This document shows positions 1-10,207 of a DNA stretch of 64,000 bases, piece after piece. The notes under the pieces are model-generated. The model ran no database searches, was not told where the DNA came from, and worked only from the letters and a program-made list of their open reading frames with translations. Position 1 is the stretch's first letter. Every line of letters starts with the position of its first letter. The DNA comes from Candidatus Margulisiibacteriota bacterium. GTDB lineage: Bacteria; Margulisbacteria; Marinamargulisbacteria; JBFWNS01. The translations under genes and the position numbers were made by a program. Location of the stretch: positions 225,673 to 289,672 of the forward strand of contig JBFWNS010000002.1 of NCBI GenBank assembly GCA_050250935.1. Reading direction: 5' to 3'.

Positions 1-299
1 TCGGGATCGATTCCGGCTTTTTTGGCAAAGCCAATGGCCGGGGCAAGCCATTCGCCGTTGGTGCCTTTGGCTGCGGCCAATTGTGGGCCACGCAATCGGG
101 TTTTTCCGCCGGTTTGCTCGGTGGCCAAGTTGGCCATCAGAACAAAACGTCTGTAGGTTCCCAAGGTTCGGACCTCGGTTGCAGCCAATCGGTGGCTGGC
201 AAAGGCCGTCTCGGCTGCCGTTTTTAGTTGGTTTAAAAAGTCTGTCATAAAGCGGGCGGGAACCTCTTCCACACCCAGCTCGAATACAAATGGCCTCAT
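1..299 (-). CDS. glyS: Glycine--tRNA ligase beta subunit, N-terminal part (runs off window start)
   Basis: Not in ORF track. Manual translation from ATG at 299 gives [17 protein letters not shown]...TYRRFVL...RGP...AIGFAKKAG, matching the GlyS N-terminus; lies downstream of glyQ. Confidence 0.9.
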   Translation of the reverse strand, partial: MRPFVFELGVEEVPARFMTDFLNQLKTAAETAFASHRLAATEVRTLGTYRRFVLMANLATEQTGGKTRLRGPQLAAAKGTNGEWLAPAIGFAKKAGIDP

Positions 300-1417
300 G
301 GTTTGGATCCTTCTTGCGCTTTGGCTTTCAAACACACCACCCCACCCTCTGTGCGTTTGAACAACACGAGATTTTCGAGTTCAAATTCCCCAATCAAAAC
401 GGGATTTTGGACATCCAAGATCACCTGGGTCTGCTCGCTGGCAGCCAAAAACAGCCGATGCAACTGAGGCAAAAGACTGGCGTGAAGGCCAGCATCGGGA
501 AACTTAATGCCCATGACGGTCGGTTTTTGGGGATGCAAACACAACACCACCCAGCACAAAAATCGGACCCAAGCATCGGACCATTCGTAGATGGGCAACT
601 TCACCGAAACCTCTTGGACAGAGGCCAAAACCATGCACTCTCGACTTAGGCCTTTTTGATTGACGGTTAAGGACAGAATCGCAGGAAAAGCGGTTTTGAG
701 TTCCGCTTCGATGGCCTGAAACACGGTTGGGTTTTTGTGTTGTAATTCGTAAAGCAGGCTCGGCAAATTCGAGGCATCTTCGGCCAAAAAAGTGTCTTTT
801 CCGGCGTCTCCCACATCCATAAACCGTTTGGCAAAGAGGGTTTCTGCCTTGTACAAGCGCCATCCCGAAATAAAGTGCTTAACACTGGCAATCACACCCA
901 AGCTGGGGTCTTTGATCTGGGCCAGCCCCAGGCTGTTGGGCTCTCGGGTTCGAAACGTGTGTTTAATTCCCCAATGACTGACCGTGCCTTGGGTATTTTT
1001 TCGCTCGGGATCGTCGGCAATGCCCTCTTGGTTTTTCACTTGCATGAAGTCGAAACTGTGGTTTGGCGCCGTGCCTTTGATGCGTTCGGACACCACGGCC
1101 AACCGTTGCAAAGGACCTTTAAGCTCGCCTTGGTAAAACAAGTACGATTCGAGTTTGGCATCGGCCTCGATTTTAAGGCTCCATAACAGGGACGATTGGG
1201 CATTGAAAAACACCTTGGTCCCCACATGGGTTGCCCATAATTCGGGGGTCATTTGGCCTTCGTTTAGGCTGTCTCTGAGGGCGGACAAAAATCCAAACAC
1301 CGACGACTTGCCCACCCCATTTTCGCCCAAAAAAACCGAAAGTCGGTTCAAAGGAACGGTGATGTCGTCGAACAGGCGATAGCCCTGCAACCGAATGGAT
1401 TTGATTATGGATTTCAC
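296..1417 (-). CDS. AAA_21/ABC-type ATPase, apparently degenerate
   Basis: Walker A GENGVGKS intact; signature, Walker B and H-switch regions altered ([28 protein letters not shown]). Confidence 0.75.
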   Translation of the reverse strand: MKSIIKSIRLQGYRLFDDITVPLNRLSVFLGENGVGKSSVFGFLSALRDSLNEGQMTPELWATHVGTKVFFNAQSSLLWSLKIEADAKLESYLFYQGELKGPLQRLAVVSERIKGTAPNHSFDFMQVKNQEGIADDPERKNTQGTVSHWGIKHTFRTREPNSLGLAQIKDPSLGVIASVKHFISGWRLYKAETLFAKRFMDVGDAGKDTFLAEDASNLPSLLYELQHKNPTVFQAIEAELKTAFPAILSLTVNQKGLSRECMVLASVQEVSVKLPIYEWSDAWVRFLCWVVLCLHPQKPTVMGIKFPDAGLHASLLPQLHRLFLAASEQTQVILDVQNPVLIGEFELENLVLFKRTEGGVVCLKAKAQEGSKP

Positions 1418-2274
1418 TCGGGCTCCTTGATGTACAACTCGGCACAGCCTCGGGCCAGTTTTCGAATGCGCAGAATGGTAGCCGTTCTTTCGGAAACTGA
1501 AATGGCGCCTCGGGCATCCAATAAATTAAAGGTATGCGAGCATTTTAAGCACCAATCATAGGCCGGAATGGCCAATCCAGCTGCCAAGACCCGCTGGGTT
1601 TCAGCCTCGTAAAGGGCAAACAATTGAAAAAGCATCTCGGTGGATGCCTCTGTAAAATTATAATGACAATTTTCGATTTCAGACTGCTTGTAAATGTCCC
1701 CATAGGTGACGATCTTGTCTTTGTGGGTTTGCCACACCAAATCGTAGACCGTTGGTTTTTGTTGAATAAACATGGCCAAGCGTTCTAGCCCATAGGTAAT
1801 TTCAACCGAAATGGGGTTCACATCCACCCCGCCGCATTGTTGGAAATAGGTAAATTGGGTCACTTCCATGCCATTTAGCCAGACTTCCCAGCCCACACCC
1901 CAAGCACCAAGGGTTGGCGATTCCCAGTTGTCTTCGACAAACCGAATGTCGTGTTCTTCGGGAATAATCCCCAACCCGCGCAAACTGTTTAAATAGAGTT
2001 CTTGGACGTTCAGCGGCGAAGGCTTCAAAATCACTTGAAATTGAAAATAGTGTTGAAGGCGATTGGGGTTTTCGGCATATCGACCATCGGTGGGACGGCG
2101 GCAGGGTTCGACATAGGCCACGTTCCAATCGCTGGGACCCAAGACCCTTAAAAAAGTGTGGGGGCTCATCGTGCCAGCCCCTTTTTCAGTGTCATAGGGG
2201 TTTAAAATCAGACACCCTTGTTCGTCCCAATATCGCTGTAAATTAAAAATGATTTCTTGAAAAGTAAGTGCCAC
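1414..2274 (-). CDS. glyQ: Glycine--tRNA ligase alpha subunit
   Basis: Motifs [44 protein letters not shown]. Confidence 0.98.
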   Translation of the reverse strand: MALTFQEIIFNLQRYWDEQGCLILNPYDTEKGAGTMSPHTFLRVLGPSDWNVAYVEPCRRPTDGRYAENPNRLQHYFQFQVILKPSPLNVQELYLNSLRGLGIIPEEHDIRFVEDNWESPTLGAWGVGWEVWLNGMEVTQFTYFQQCGGVDVNPISVEITYGLERLAMFIQQKPTVYDLVWQTHKDKIVTYGDIYKQSEIENCHYNFTEASTEMLFQLFALYEAETQRVLAAGLAIPAYDWCLKCSHTFNLLDARGAISVSERTATILRIRKLARGCAELYIKEPE

Positions 2275-2796
2275 TTATCGTCTCCGTTGGATGTTTCGAA
2301 TCAGCGTCATTTCGATTTCTCGTTGGACGGCTTTGATAAAAGACAAGCGCTTGTCGATGGGATCGACCAAAACAGTATGAGCCCGAACCCAACGCCCCAA
2401 GATGACATCGGTTAGCAGTTGATCGCCGACGACCACCGATTTTTCCAAATCGATGCCCTTTTCCCCAGCCAATTCTTGAAGGGCATAGACAAAGGGCTTC
2501 CAGGCCCGGTAAACACCGGTCACTTCGGCTTGTTTGCAGAACCGCTCGATGCGGCGTTGACTGCGGTTATTGGACACAAAAAACACCTCGAAGCCCAGGG
2601 CTTTGGCCTTGGACAACCAGTTGAGTTTTTGCAGGGATAAATTGCGCTCTTTAAGGGAAACCAGGGTGTTGTCGATATCCAAAAACAACGCCCGATACCC
2701 TTTGGCAATCAGGGCCTCCAGTTGAATATCTTCCACCCGCTCCAAAATTTCGCTGGGGCTTAGCAACTCGTAAACCACGGTTTTAAGCGACTTCAT
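2275..2796 (-). CDS. YqeG-family HAD IIIA phosphatase
   Basis: Motifs LDIDNTL, VSNN, KP, VVGDQLLTDV. Confidence 0.9.
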   Translation of the reverse strand: MKSLKTVVYELLSPSEILERVEDIQLEALIAKGYRALFLDIDNTLVSLKERNLSLQKLNWLSKAKALGFEVFFVSNNRSQRRIERFCKQAEVTGVYRAWKPFVYALQELAGEKGIDLEKSVVVGDQLLTDVILGRWVRAHTVLVDPIDKRLSFIKAVQREIEMTLIRNIQRRR

Positions 2797-3416
2797 GCAG
2801 GCACCACCGTCGACAGTCGGGCCACCAGCTCGAGAATGGCCTTGTGCTCGGTTTTGAAACTGACAGGATTGGCCACCAAATGCGCCGTAGAGCTAAACAC
2901 CGTGTCGATGATGTGCAAATGGTTTTCTTTTAAGGTTCGGCCAGTGGCGGTTAAATCGCAAATCAGATCGGACAACCCTGTATGAGGGCCCAACTCGACA
3001 GCCCCATACAATTTGATGAGATTGACCGACAATCCCCGCTTGCGAAAATAGGCTTCTGTGCAATGGGGGTACTTGGTGGCCACATGTAAGTTGTGGGTTA
3101 ACTGATCGGCGTTCATGGGATTTGGACCTGCCAACACCAAGGAACAGTTCCCAAATTTCAAATCCAACAATTGAATGACGGGTTCTTCGGGCTTTTCCAA
3201 CAGAACATCTTTGCCCACCACGCCCAAATCGGCTGCCCCTTGGCTGACATAGACCGTCACATCCCAAGGTCGAATTCGCAGCAGTCGCAGTCGGCCTTGG
3301 GCTTCGTCCACATACAATTGACGCTCGTCGTTGTCGGGAAAATGATAACCCAGTTTTTCGAACAAGTTCACCGCTTCGTTGTACAAATAGCCTTTGGCAA
3401 TGGCAATGGTAATCAT
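2793..3416 (-). CDS. hisG: ATP phosphoribosyltransferase, short form
   Basis: MITIAIAKG start overlapping the hisZ stop; ADLGVVGKDVLLE, VATKYP, GAVELGP, TGRTLKENHL. Confidence 0.95.
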   Translation of the reverse strand: MITIAIAKGYLYNEAVNLFEKLGYHFPDNDERQLYVDEAQGRLRLLRIRPWDVTVYVSQGAADLGVVGKDVLLEKPEEPVIQLLDLKFGNCSLVLAGPNPMNADQLTHNLHVATKYPHCTEAYFRKRGLSVNLIKLYGAVELGPHTGLSDLICDLTATGRTLKENHLHIIDTVFSSTAHLVANPVSFKTEHKAILELVARLSTVVPA

Positions 3417-4261
3417 AGGCTTACCTCGTCTAAAAGCACGTTCACATTCAAGGCAAATCCTACGGCTGGGCAATCATAGCCAAATTGTTGGATCAGGTTG
3501 TCGTAGCGACCCCCTTTGCCAATAATACGGCGAACCCCTTTGGCATAGACCTCGAAAACAATGCCGGTGTAGTAGTCGTGGTGATGAATCAGCGATTTAT
3601 TAAAGTGGACATAGTGGTCTTGGCCTTTGGCTTTTAAGGCCGAGTGTAGGACTACCAATTCGGGGTAATCTTGAACCACTTCTACCCCACCCCGCTCGGG
3701 AATATAGCCCAATTGCAGGTAGTCGCCGGCTAAAATGAGGGACCGTTGCTCGGCGCTCATGTGGGCCGAAAAGGTTTGGTGGCCAATATCGATACCAAAA
3801 TCCGTAAAGCCCAGGGCTTTCATCGCATCGATACAGGTCGAAATCACGCTGGCATCGACGGTTGGACCTTGCTCGCCAATCCATTCCAAACCCGCCTGAA
3901 AAACCTCGACCGGCTCGGCCGATTGAATAGCCCCCATCTGATAAACAGGATCCAAATAAAACAGTTTTAAAGGACGTTCTTGGTTCTGCATCCGAGCAGC
4001 CACCAACCGTGCAATCGGCGCGGTATGGTCGGGCCGAAGCATCAGTAAACGACCTTGATTGTCAAAAAAGCGAATGGTTTTTTCCACAAATTGCGGATCC
4101 AAAACCGGGGTCAGGGTTTCGGCATATTCCAAGGCTGGGGTTTTGATTTTTTTGAACCCATTAGCCTCAAAAATACCTTGAAGGGTCCGCACAATGGTCT
4201 GGTGTTGCTGGGCTTCTTCGGGGACAAAGTCCATCACGCCCAAGGGGGTTAAGGTTTTCAT
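3413..4261 (-). CDS. hisZ: ATP phosphoribosyltransferase regulatory subunit
   Basis: HisRS-like motifs TPLGVMDF, LRPDHTAPIAR, QAGLEWIG, YYTGIVFE, GGRYDNL; adjacent to short hisG. Confidence 0.92.
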   Translation of the reverse strand: MKTLTPLGVMDFVPEEAQQHQTIVRTLQGIFEANGFKKIKTPALEYAETLTPVLDPQFVEKTIRFFDNQGRLLMLRPDHTAPIARLVAARMQNQERPLKLFYLDPVYQMGAIQSAEPVEVFQAGLEWIGEQGPTVDASVISTCIDAMKALGFTDFGIDIGHQTFSAHMSAEQRSLILAGDYLQLGYIPERGGVEVVQDYPELVVLHSALKAKGQDHYVHFNKSLIHHHDYYTGIVFEVYAKGVRRIIGKGGRYDNLIQQFGYDCPAVGFALNVNVLLDEVSL

Positions 4262-4328
4262 GATCTCCAGACTATAGCATTTCTCCCCCAAGTTCTGGTA
4301 GACTATTGCAACTTTCTACCGTACCCGT

Positions 4329-4414
4329 GCGCGAGTGGCGAAATTGGTAGACGCACTAGACTTAGGATCTAGCGCCCGAAAGGCGTGGGGGTTCAAGTCC
4401 CTTCTCGCGCACCA
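4329..4414 (+). tRNA. tRNA-Leu (anticodon TAG)
   Basis: Acceptor GCGCGAG/CTCGCGC+ACCA, anticodon arm CTAGA-CTTAGGA-TCTAG, long variable arm, GTTCAAGTC T-loop. Confidence 0.97.
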
Positions 4415-4499
4415 GATTTAGCTCCGAAGGAGCTAATTTATAATCACAAAAATGGAATTTTTATGGGTCGGAATTTGAACTGAATTCAAATTCCTCGCT
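4415..4499 (+). repeat. Three-hairpin element downstream of the tRNA CCA; second copy at 51055-51148
   Basis: Core 4442-4470 matches 51089-51117 at 26/29 nt; flanking stems keep pairing with changed sequence. Confidence 0.75.
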
Positions 4500-4523
4500 A
4501 AAGTTGGGGTTCAGACTCTTTGC

Positions 4524-4835
4524 TTAAAGATAAACTGAATAAACCACCACCCCAACCCGCCCAATATGGTCTAAAAAAGAGGGGTCTTCTAAGTCATAAA
4601 AAAGCGATAAATCGATTTTATAAGGCAAAAAAAGGTCCTCTAACTCTTGGAAAATGCGATACAACGTCTCGGCGGTGAGGCGCTCTCCTTTTAGAGTTAA
4701 ATCGATATCCGACCCATTTTTGTAGGTTCCTTTAGCGCGGGACCCATAAAGAATCGCTTGTTCAATATCAGGATACTTGGCAAAAACGCCATTGATCTTT
4801 TGGAGGGTTTCTTCACTTAATCCAAAGCGGGTCAT
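4524..4835 (-). CDS. Minimal nucleotidyltransferase (MNT) antitoxin-like
   Basis: LYGSRAKG...SDIDL motif, 103 aa, paired with a HEPN-type gene. Confidence 0.9.
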   Translation of the reverse strand: MTRFGLSEETLQKINGVFAKYPDIEQAILYGSRAKGTYKNGSDIDLTLKGERLTAETLYRIFQELEDLFLPYKIDLSLFYDLEDPSFLDHIGRVGVVVYSVYL

Positions 4836-5254
4836 AAAGACTGGCCGTTTTCGAGCCTCTCAAAGTGACTTTTAAAGGTCTGAAACTCTGCCCAATACGA
4901 ATCGATAATGGTCTTTAGAATTCGCGCCGCGGTAGACTCGTTGTAGGTGTGGGTGGTTTGGTTTCGGCTTTGAATCATGTCCATCCAAATGTCACCTTTG
5001 GTAATAAGGCCCACTTTAAACGCCTCCTGGGTTGCATCTTTAGAGCCGTATAACCCTTGAACACCCCGATCTTCCAAAAAATCTTTGAGGGTGTTCCAGG
5101 CCAATTCGTGGGTGTATTCAAAGGCTTGAACAATGCCTTGTTCCTCAAGCTTGGAAAGTTGGCGCTGTTTGGACAACAAAACCCCTTCTTCCAATTGTGC
5201 ATAGGCTTTTTTGAAGTTATAAAAACGCTGAATCCAACGGATGTCTTTTGTCAT
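4832..5254 (-). CDS. HI0074-family HEPN / nucleotidyltransferase substrate-binding protein
   Basis: DIRWIQRF, QAFEYTHELAWNTLKDFL, RNQTTH (RxxxxH). Confidence 0.9.
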   Translation of the reverse strand: MTKDIRWIQRFYNFKKAYAQLEEGVLLSKQRQLSKLEEQGIVQAFEYTHELAWNTLKDFLEDRGVQGLYGSKDATQEAFKVGLITKGDIWMDMIQSRNQTTHTYNESTAARILKTIIDSYWAEFQTFKSHFERLENGQSL

Positions 5255-5259
5255 TATGG

Positions 5260-6036
5260 CTAAACCCGAATCGTAATCCCCACGGGACAGTGATCAGACC
5301 CCTTAATCTCCTGCTGAATAAACGCCGAAGTCACATTCGGCATAAACTCCTGATTCACCCAAAAATAATCGATTCTCCATCCAACATTACGCTGACGAGC
5401 CGCCATGCGATACGTCCACCACGAATACTGGTTAGGCTCTTGATTGAACTGTCGGAAGGTATCAACATAGCCCAAGGATTCGAGCTTATCCATCCAAGCC
5501 CTTTCGATGGGCAAAAAACCAGAATAATTGGCATTTTCTTTGGGATGTGCCAAGTCGATTTCTTTATGAGCCGTGTTGTAGTCCCCACAAATGACAATGT
5601 TTTTGCCTTGGGCCCGCAGGTCTTGGGCATAGTCGAAAAAGTCTTGGTAAAAATCGAGCTTGTATTGCAGTCGGGTATCGTCTTTTTGGCCGTTGGGAAA
5701 ATAGATGCCAAACAGCACAAAGTTGTCGTATTCGGCCATGGCCACGCGCCCTTCGCAATCGTATTTGGGGTTCCCAAATCCCTCAGACACAAAAATGGGT
5801 TTGAGCTTGGTTAAAATCGCCACACCGCTATACCCTTTGCGTTCCCCAGAATGCCAAATGCCATGATAGCCCGATGGGTTTAACAAGGTATCGTCCAAAT
5901 CGGTGGGCATGGCCTTGGTTTCTTGCAGGCAAATAATGTCGGGATCTTCGGTATTCAAATAGTCCAAAAACCCCTTTTGGGCACAGGCGCGAATGCCGTT
6001 GACGTTCCAAGAAATCAGTTTTAGTTCTTTTGGCAT
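5260..6036 (-). CDS. xth: Exodeoxyribonuclease III
   Basis: SWNVNGIRA, LQETK, GDYNTAH, GWRIDYF, GSDHCPV. Confidence 0.96.
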   Translation of the reverse strand: MPKELKLISWNVNGIRACAQKGFLDYLNTEDPDIICLQETKAMPTDLDDTLLNPSGYHGIWHSGERKGYSGVAILTKLKPIFVSEGFGNPKYDCEGRVAMAEYDNFVLFGIYFPNGQKDDTRLQYKLDFYQDFFDYAQDLRAQGKNIVICGDYNTAHKEIDLAHPKENANYSGFLPIERAWMDKLESLGYVDTFRQFNQEPNQYSWWTYRMAARQRNVGWRIDYFWVNQEFMPNVTSAFIQQEIKGSDHCPVGITIRV

Positions 6037-6037
6037 T

Positions 6038-6553
6038 TTAGTGTCCTTTTGAGGGTCTTGGCCCACGCCATTCGGTTTCTTTGGCCTTGGCTTCGACGGT
6101 GGTTTTGAGTCCGTGTTTGAACTGGATCAGCTTGGCAGCCAGGGCTGGATCGGTGGTGGCCACTATCTGAGCCGCAAGAATGCCTGCGTTTTTGGCGGCG
6201 TTAACGGCAACCGTTGCCACAGGAACCCCTTCTGGCATTTGAACAATCGACAGCAACGAATCCCAACCGTCGATGGAGTTGGACGACTTGACTGGGACAC
6301 CAATCACCGGCAGATGGGTGATGGCCGCCACCATGCCCGGCAAATGGGCCGCCCCACCTGCCCCAGCAATAATGACTTTAAGGCCCCGCTCGGCAGCGGT
6401 TTTGGCATAGTCCATCATGCGTTCGGGGGTGCGATGCGCCGACACAATGGTCAACTCGTAGGCCACGCCCATTTCGTCCAAAAACTGGGCCGCTTTTTCC
6501 AGGATCGGCAAGTCCGACTGGCTGCCCATGATGATGCCTACAGAACTGGTCAT
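6038..6553 (-). CDS. purE: N5-CAIR mutase
   Basis: [37 protein letters not shown]. Confidence 0.97.
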   Translation of the reverse strand: MTSSVGIIMGSQSDLPILEKAAQFLDEMGVAYELTIVSAHRTPERMMDYAKTAAERGLKVIIAGAGGAAHLPGMVAAITHLPVIGVPVKSSNSIDGWDSLLSIVQMPEGVPVATVAVNAAKNAGILAAQIVATTDPALAAKLIQFKHGLKTTVEAKAKETEWRGPRPSKGH

Positions 6554-7680
6554 GAAATCACCCTCACTTTTTCTTTGATGGTGGCGAGTTGCGCCAAGGC
6601 TTCGGACACGGTTGGGGCGATGACGGTGACGTGCCCCATTTTTCTTAAGGGTTTGGTATGGGTTTTGCCATAGCTGTGAACAAAGGCTGTGGGCAAGGCC
6701 ATGCACTTGTCCACCCCTTCCCATTGGGCTGGACCTTCGAATCCAGGCTCGCCCAAGACATTGAACAAGGCCGCTGCACTACGGGCCTCTGTAGCGCCCA
6801 AGGGCATGCCCAACACACAGCGCAACAGTTGTTGATATTGAGAGGTCAGATTGGCCTCGATGGTGTGATGCCCGCTGTTGTGGGGACGGGGGGACATTTC
6901 GTTGACCAACACCCGATCCTTCACCACAAACATTTCGACAGCCAACAGACCGACATAGTCCAACACCGTTACAATTTTTTTTGCAATTTCAACCGCTTCT
7001 TGGGCGGTTTTCGACGAAATATTGGCCGGCGCAAACAACAAATCCACCAGGTCTTTGTGTTCGTGGGTTTGCCATTCAATGACGGGATACACCGCCATTT
7101 CGCCAGCAGCAGACCGGGCAATAATCACCGAAATTTCTTTGTCGAAGTCGATCTTTTTTTCCAATAATAAAGGCCCCGAAAAATGAGCAGGAAGGTCCTG
7201 GGCATCCTTCAAAACCGCAACACCATTGCCGTCGTATCCGGCGCGGCGGGTTTTAATCACCCCTGGAAAAAAATCGGTCTGTTGGGCCAAGGCTTCTGGG
7301 GTGTCCACCAAAACAAAAGGTGCTGTGGGGATGTTTTCTTGGACATAAAATTGTTTTTGAAGCCCTTTGTCTTGCACCATGGCCAGGACAGCTGCCGTGG
7401 GAAAAACGGGGATTCCTGCAGATTCCAAACGCTGCAAACCCGCTACAGACACATGTTCAAATTCCAAAACCACGGCATCCACAGCTTGGCCAAAGGCAAA
7501 TACCGTGTCGGCATCTTGAGCGTCACCTAGGGTAAAGGCCGAACAGTAGGGGCGACAGGGCGCCTCGGGATCGTTGTCCAACACATGAAAATGGAGTCCC
7601 AAGGGAATTCCGGCTTCGATTAACATGAGGGCCAATTGGCCGCCTTTGATCAGGCCAATGGTTTTGGGGGAGAAGGTCAT
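6550..7680 (-). CDS. purK: N5-CAIR synthetase
   Basis: [37 protein letters not shown]. Confidence 0.96.
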   Translation of the reverse strand: MTFSPKTIGLIKGGQLALMLIEAGIPLGLHFHVLDNDPEAPCRPYCSAFTLGDAQDADTVFAFGQAVDAVVLEFEHVSVAGLQRLESAGIPVFPTAAVLAMVQDKGLQKQFYVQENIPTAPFVLVDTPEALAQQTDFFPGVIKTRRAGYDGNGVAVLKDAQDLPAHFSGPLLLEKKIDFDKEISVIIARSAAGEMAVYPVIEWQTHEHKDLVDLLFAPANISSKTAQEAVEIAKKIVTVLDYVGLLAVEMFVVKDRVLVNEMSPRPHNSGHHTIEANLTSQYQQLLRCVLGMPLGATEARSAAALFNVLGEPGFEGPAQWEGVDKCMALPTAFVHSYGKTHTKPLRKMGHVTVIAPTVSEALAQLATIKEKVRVIS

Positions 7681-7723
7681 TTGGACCTATGGTAAAGGAC
7701 CCTGGCGTCCCTGTCCATTCTGT

Positions 7724-8320
7724 TTAGTGGCCCCAGTTTTTGCGAATAAACGCTGCTCGACCCGACCCTTGTTTGTAGGCGTTGTAGTGGAAAGGATTTT
7801 TTTTGTAGTAGCCTTGATGCCCTTCTTCGGCAGGATAGAAGGTTTTTTCGGGCAAAATTTGGGTGGCGATGGGATGGGAAAATTTACCGCTTTTTTCCAA
7901 GGCTTTTTTGGAAGCTTCGGCAATGGCTTTTTGGTCTGTGGTTTTGTAAAAAATCGCGGTTTGGTATTGGGTGCCTTGATCGGCAAATTGGCCGCCGGCA
8001 TCGGTGGGGTCGATCTGGGTCCAAAACCGCTCAATGAGTTGTTTAAACGAGACTTTTTGAGGGTTATACACCACTTCGATGGCTTCAAAATGCCCTGTTT
8101 TTCCAGTGCATACTGCTTCGTAGGTTGGATTGGGAACCGTTCCACCGCTATAACCAACCCGGGTTGAAATCACCCCTGGTAAATCGTCGAAGGGGGGCTG
8201 CATACACCAAAAACACCCGCCGGCGAAAACAGCTTTCTGCTCCACTGATTTTTCTGTGGCCATGACCCATCCTCCCAAAGTCAAACAAAGTAAAACAACC
8301 GTGACAAAACGATTCATCAT
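7724..8320 (-). CDS. msrA: Peptide-methionine (S)-S-oxide reductase with probable signal peptide
   Basis: FAGGCFWC, GHFEA, GGQFADQG, FYPAEEGHQGYY; hydrophobic N-terminus. Confidence 0.93.
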   Translation of the reverse strand: MMNRFVTVVLLCLTLGGWVMATEKSVEQKAVFAGGCFWCMQPPFDDLPGVISTRVGYSGGTVPNPTYEAVCTGKTGHFEAIEVVYNPQKVSFKQLIERFWTQIDPTDAGGQFADQGTQYQTAIFYKTTDQKAIAEASKKALEKSGKFSHPIATQILPEKTFYPAEEGHQGYYKKNPFHYNAYKQGSGRAAFIRKNWGH

Positions 8321-8348
8321 ATACTCTAGTTTATAGCACAATTTAACC

Positions 8349-10121
8349 CTAACCCGTAGATAAGTGTGCATTCAACTTTTCGGCCAAGACTGTCAGTATG
8401 GCAGCCACAGGCACTGTTTTATAGGCATAAACAACGTTTGCATCAGCCCATTGTTCAACATCCGTATAAGACTCAGACGTGATCAGTGCTCTTGGAATAA
8501 CCATTAAATCAGGATCAACGGTCATTGTCTCAAACAACTCCCGCACAGCCCTATCTTTCAACGAGTTATCGGAAATCAGGATATCCGGGGCTTGTTCTCT
8601 TATTTTAGATGCGAGCGCGACCACTGTTGTAAAAACCCTTGCATTAACCGCTGGCGAATAGGTTGTAAACGGCTCACCGTTGAGTGTCACAGAAATCTTG
8701 AGTTTTTTTATCAAAGTTTCCAATTGTTTTAAAAACTTCATCATATTTATTGGCTCATCTTCGGCATAATAAATTGATTTTCCATCCAAGACCGTTTTCA
8801 TCAACTCATCATTCGGGAGAAAATCTGAGGCGATAACAGGGTGCAGGGTTTTAACCTGTCTGGGGCATAGGTCTGGCAGCTGGATCAGATACAAACCCAG
8901 CTTTTCGATCACCGTTCCTCCCAAACAGTCCACATAAAGGCCTACCAAAGCCTTCATTTCTGAATGCTTTTTAAACACGGTTTCGGGCACTTCCAAGCGC
9001 ACACCAGTGGCCGTACACACCGCCGTTATGTCAACTTTTTCGGGATGGGCCAAGTCGTTTAAAACCCAAGCCAAATGGCTGAGTTTTTCTTCAAAAAAGC
9101 TTGTAATTTGAGGGTTGTCTCGATTGACTTGAACGGCAGGATGGAAGGCTTGGGACAGGGTAATGCGTCGAACATTCGATGATGGACTTAATGCCGGGCT
9201 GTGCTGAACCGTTTTTTGATCCAAAAACCGAACGGCATCCAAATACAGCGAAATGGTGGCGATCAATCGGTGATACGACTGAGACAACTCTGGCGTCGCG
9301 CCGACGGACTCCAATAAAAAGCCAACACTGTTCAGGGCCGTGCGAACATCGTGAATGCTTGCGGCGGATACCGGGGCAACCACCTCTGTTGTCGGGCAGG
9401 TTAAGGGCAAAGAACAGGTAAAGCAATTTTGACCCGCTTCATAGGTGTACCCCATGGTTCCGCCCAACGCTTGGGCCAATTTAAAACTGCTCGCCACCCC
9501 AAGCCCTGTGCCGGTGTGACGGGTATCGCTGGCTTGGTTAAATGCTTGGCCAAATTTACTGGCCACCTCGTCGGGAATTTTTGGACCGGGATTTTTCACC
9601 ACCAATCGAACCCCCGATTCATCCATTTCCATTAAAACGGTAATGCGCTGATCTTGAGGGCTCTCAAAATGACGCTGTACAGCCTCGGTTGCGTTCTTAA
9701 TCCCATTCAGCAAAATGCGCTCTACACAATCAACTGCCGTCCTAAAGCTGAGGCTAGGATCATGTTGAACCACCTGAATGTGCACCAGAACAGGGTTCAG
9801 TTCAAAAATACTTTGCAATTGATGTTGTAGTCCTCGGAGTTCCATCGACTCTACATCTGATGTGCCCCGAAGAATTTTTTCGGCCAGTGCCAGTTGATGA
9901 ACAATAGACAGCAGAACCTGTGCATGTGGCAAAGAGGATAAGCGTCGGCCGCTATCCGGCTGGCAAGAGGCTTCTCGGTTTGGTGCGGGAAGCGTTCTAA
10001 GCTGGTTTCTAAATTCGGATAAAGTATCCAATAAACTGGCTTTAACGACACCCACAAAATCCGGCATGAACTGGGAGCGAGCATCAGAGACTGAAACCCA
10101 TTTTTTAAAAAAAGACACCAA
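8349..10121 (-). CDS. Atypical hybrid histidine-kinase-like protein (HATPase, H-box, receiver), no sensor domain
   Basis: N-box LNGIKNATEA, G1 KNPGPKIP, G2 GTGLGV, later H-box IHDVRTALNSV, C-terminal REC (YAEDE...LISD...ITS...YK). Confidence 0.65.
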   Translation of the reverse strand: MVSFFKKWVSVSDARSQFMPDFVGVVKASLLDTLSEFRNQLRTLPAPNREASCQPDSGRRLSSLPHAQVLLSIVHQLALAEKILRGTSDVESMELRGLQHQLQSIFELNPVLVHIQVVQHDPSLSFRTAVDCVERILLNGIKNATEAVQRHFESPQDQRITVLMEMDESGVRLVVKNPGPKIPDEVASKFGQAFNQASDTRHTGTGLGVASSFKLAQALGGTMGYTYEAGQNCFTCSLPLTCPTTEVVAPVSAASIHDVRTALNSVGFLLESVGATPELSQSYHRLIATISLYLDAVRFLDQKTVQHSPALSPSSNVRRITLSQAFHPAVQVNRDNPQITSFFEEKLSHLAWVLNDLAHPEKVDITAVCTATGVRLEVPETVFKKHSEMKALVGLYVDCLGGTVIEKLGLYLIQLPDLCPRQVKTLHPVIASDFLPNDELMKTVLDGKSIYYAEDEPINMMKFLKQLETLIKKLKISVTLNGEPFTTYSPAVNARVFTTVVALASKIREQAPDILISDNSLKDRAVRELFETMTVDPDLMVIPRALITSESYTDVEQWADANVVYAYKTVPVAAILTVLAEKLNAHLSTG

Positions 10122-10152
10122 TAATCCTTGAACAAAGTCTCCCGCTTTACCC

Positions 10153-10181
10153 TTTATCGTAAAATTTTTAAAAAAATTTCA
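10153..10181 (-). promoter_or_regulatory. Shared promoter-like motif TGAAATT-N14-ACGATAAA
   Basis: Same spacing as four other copies upstream of orphan genes. Confidence 0.55.
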
Positions 10182-10207
10182 GTGCTTTTGTCATCTTGCA
10201 AGGGGAG

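Noticed and set aside
7687..8157. Lys/Pro-rich 156 aa ORF
   Set aside because: Alternative frame inside msrA.
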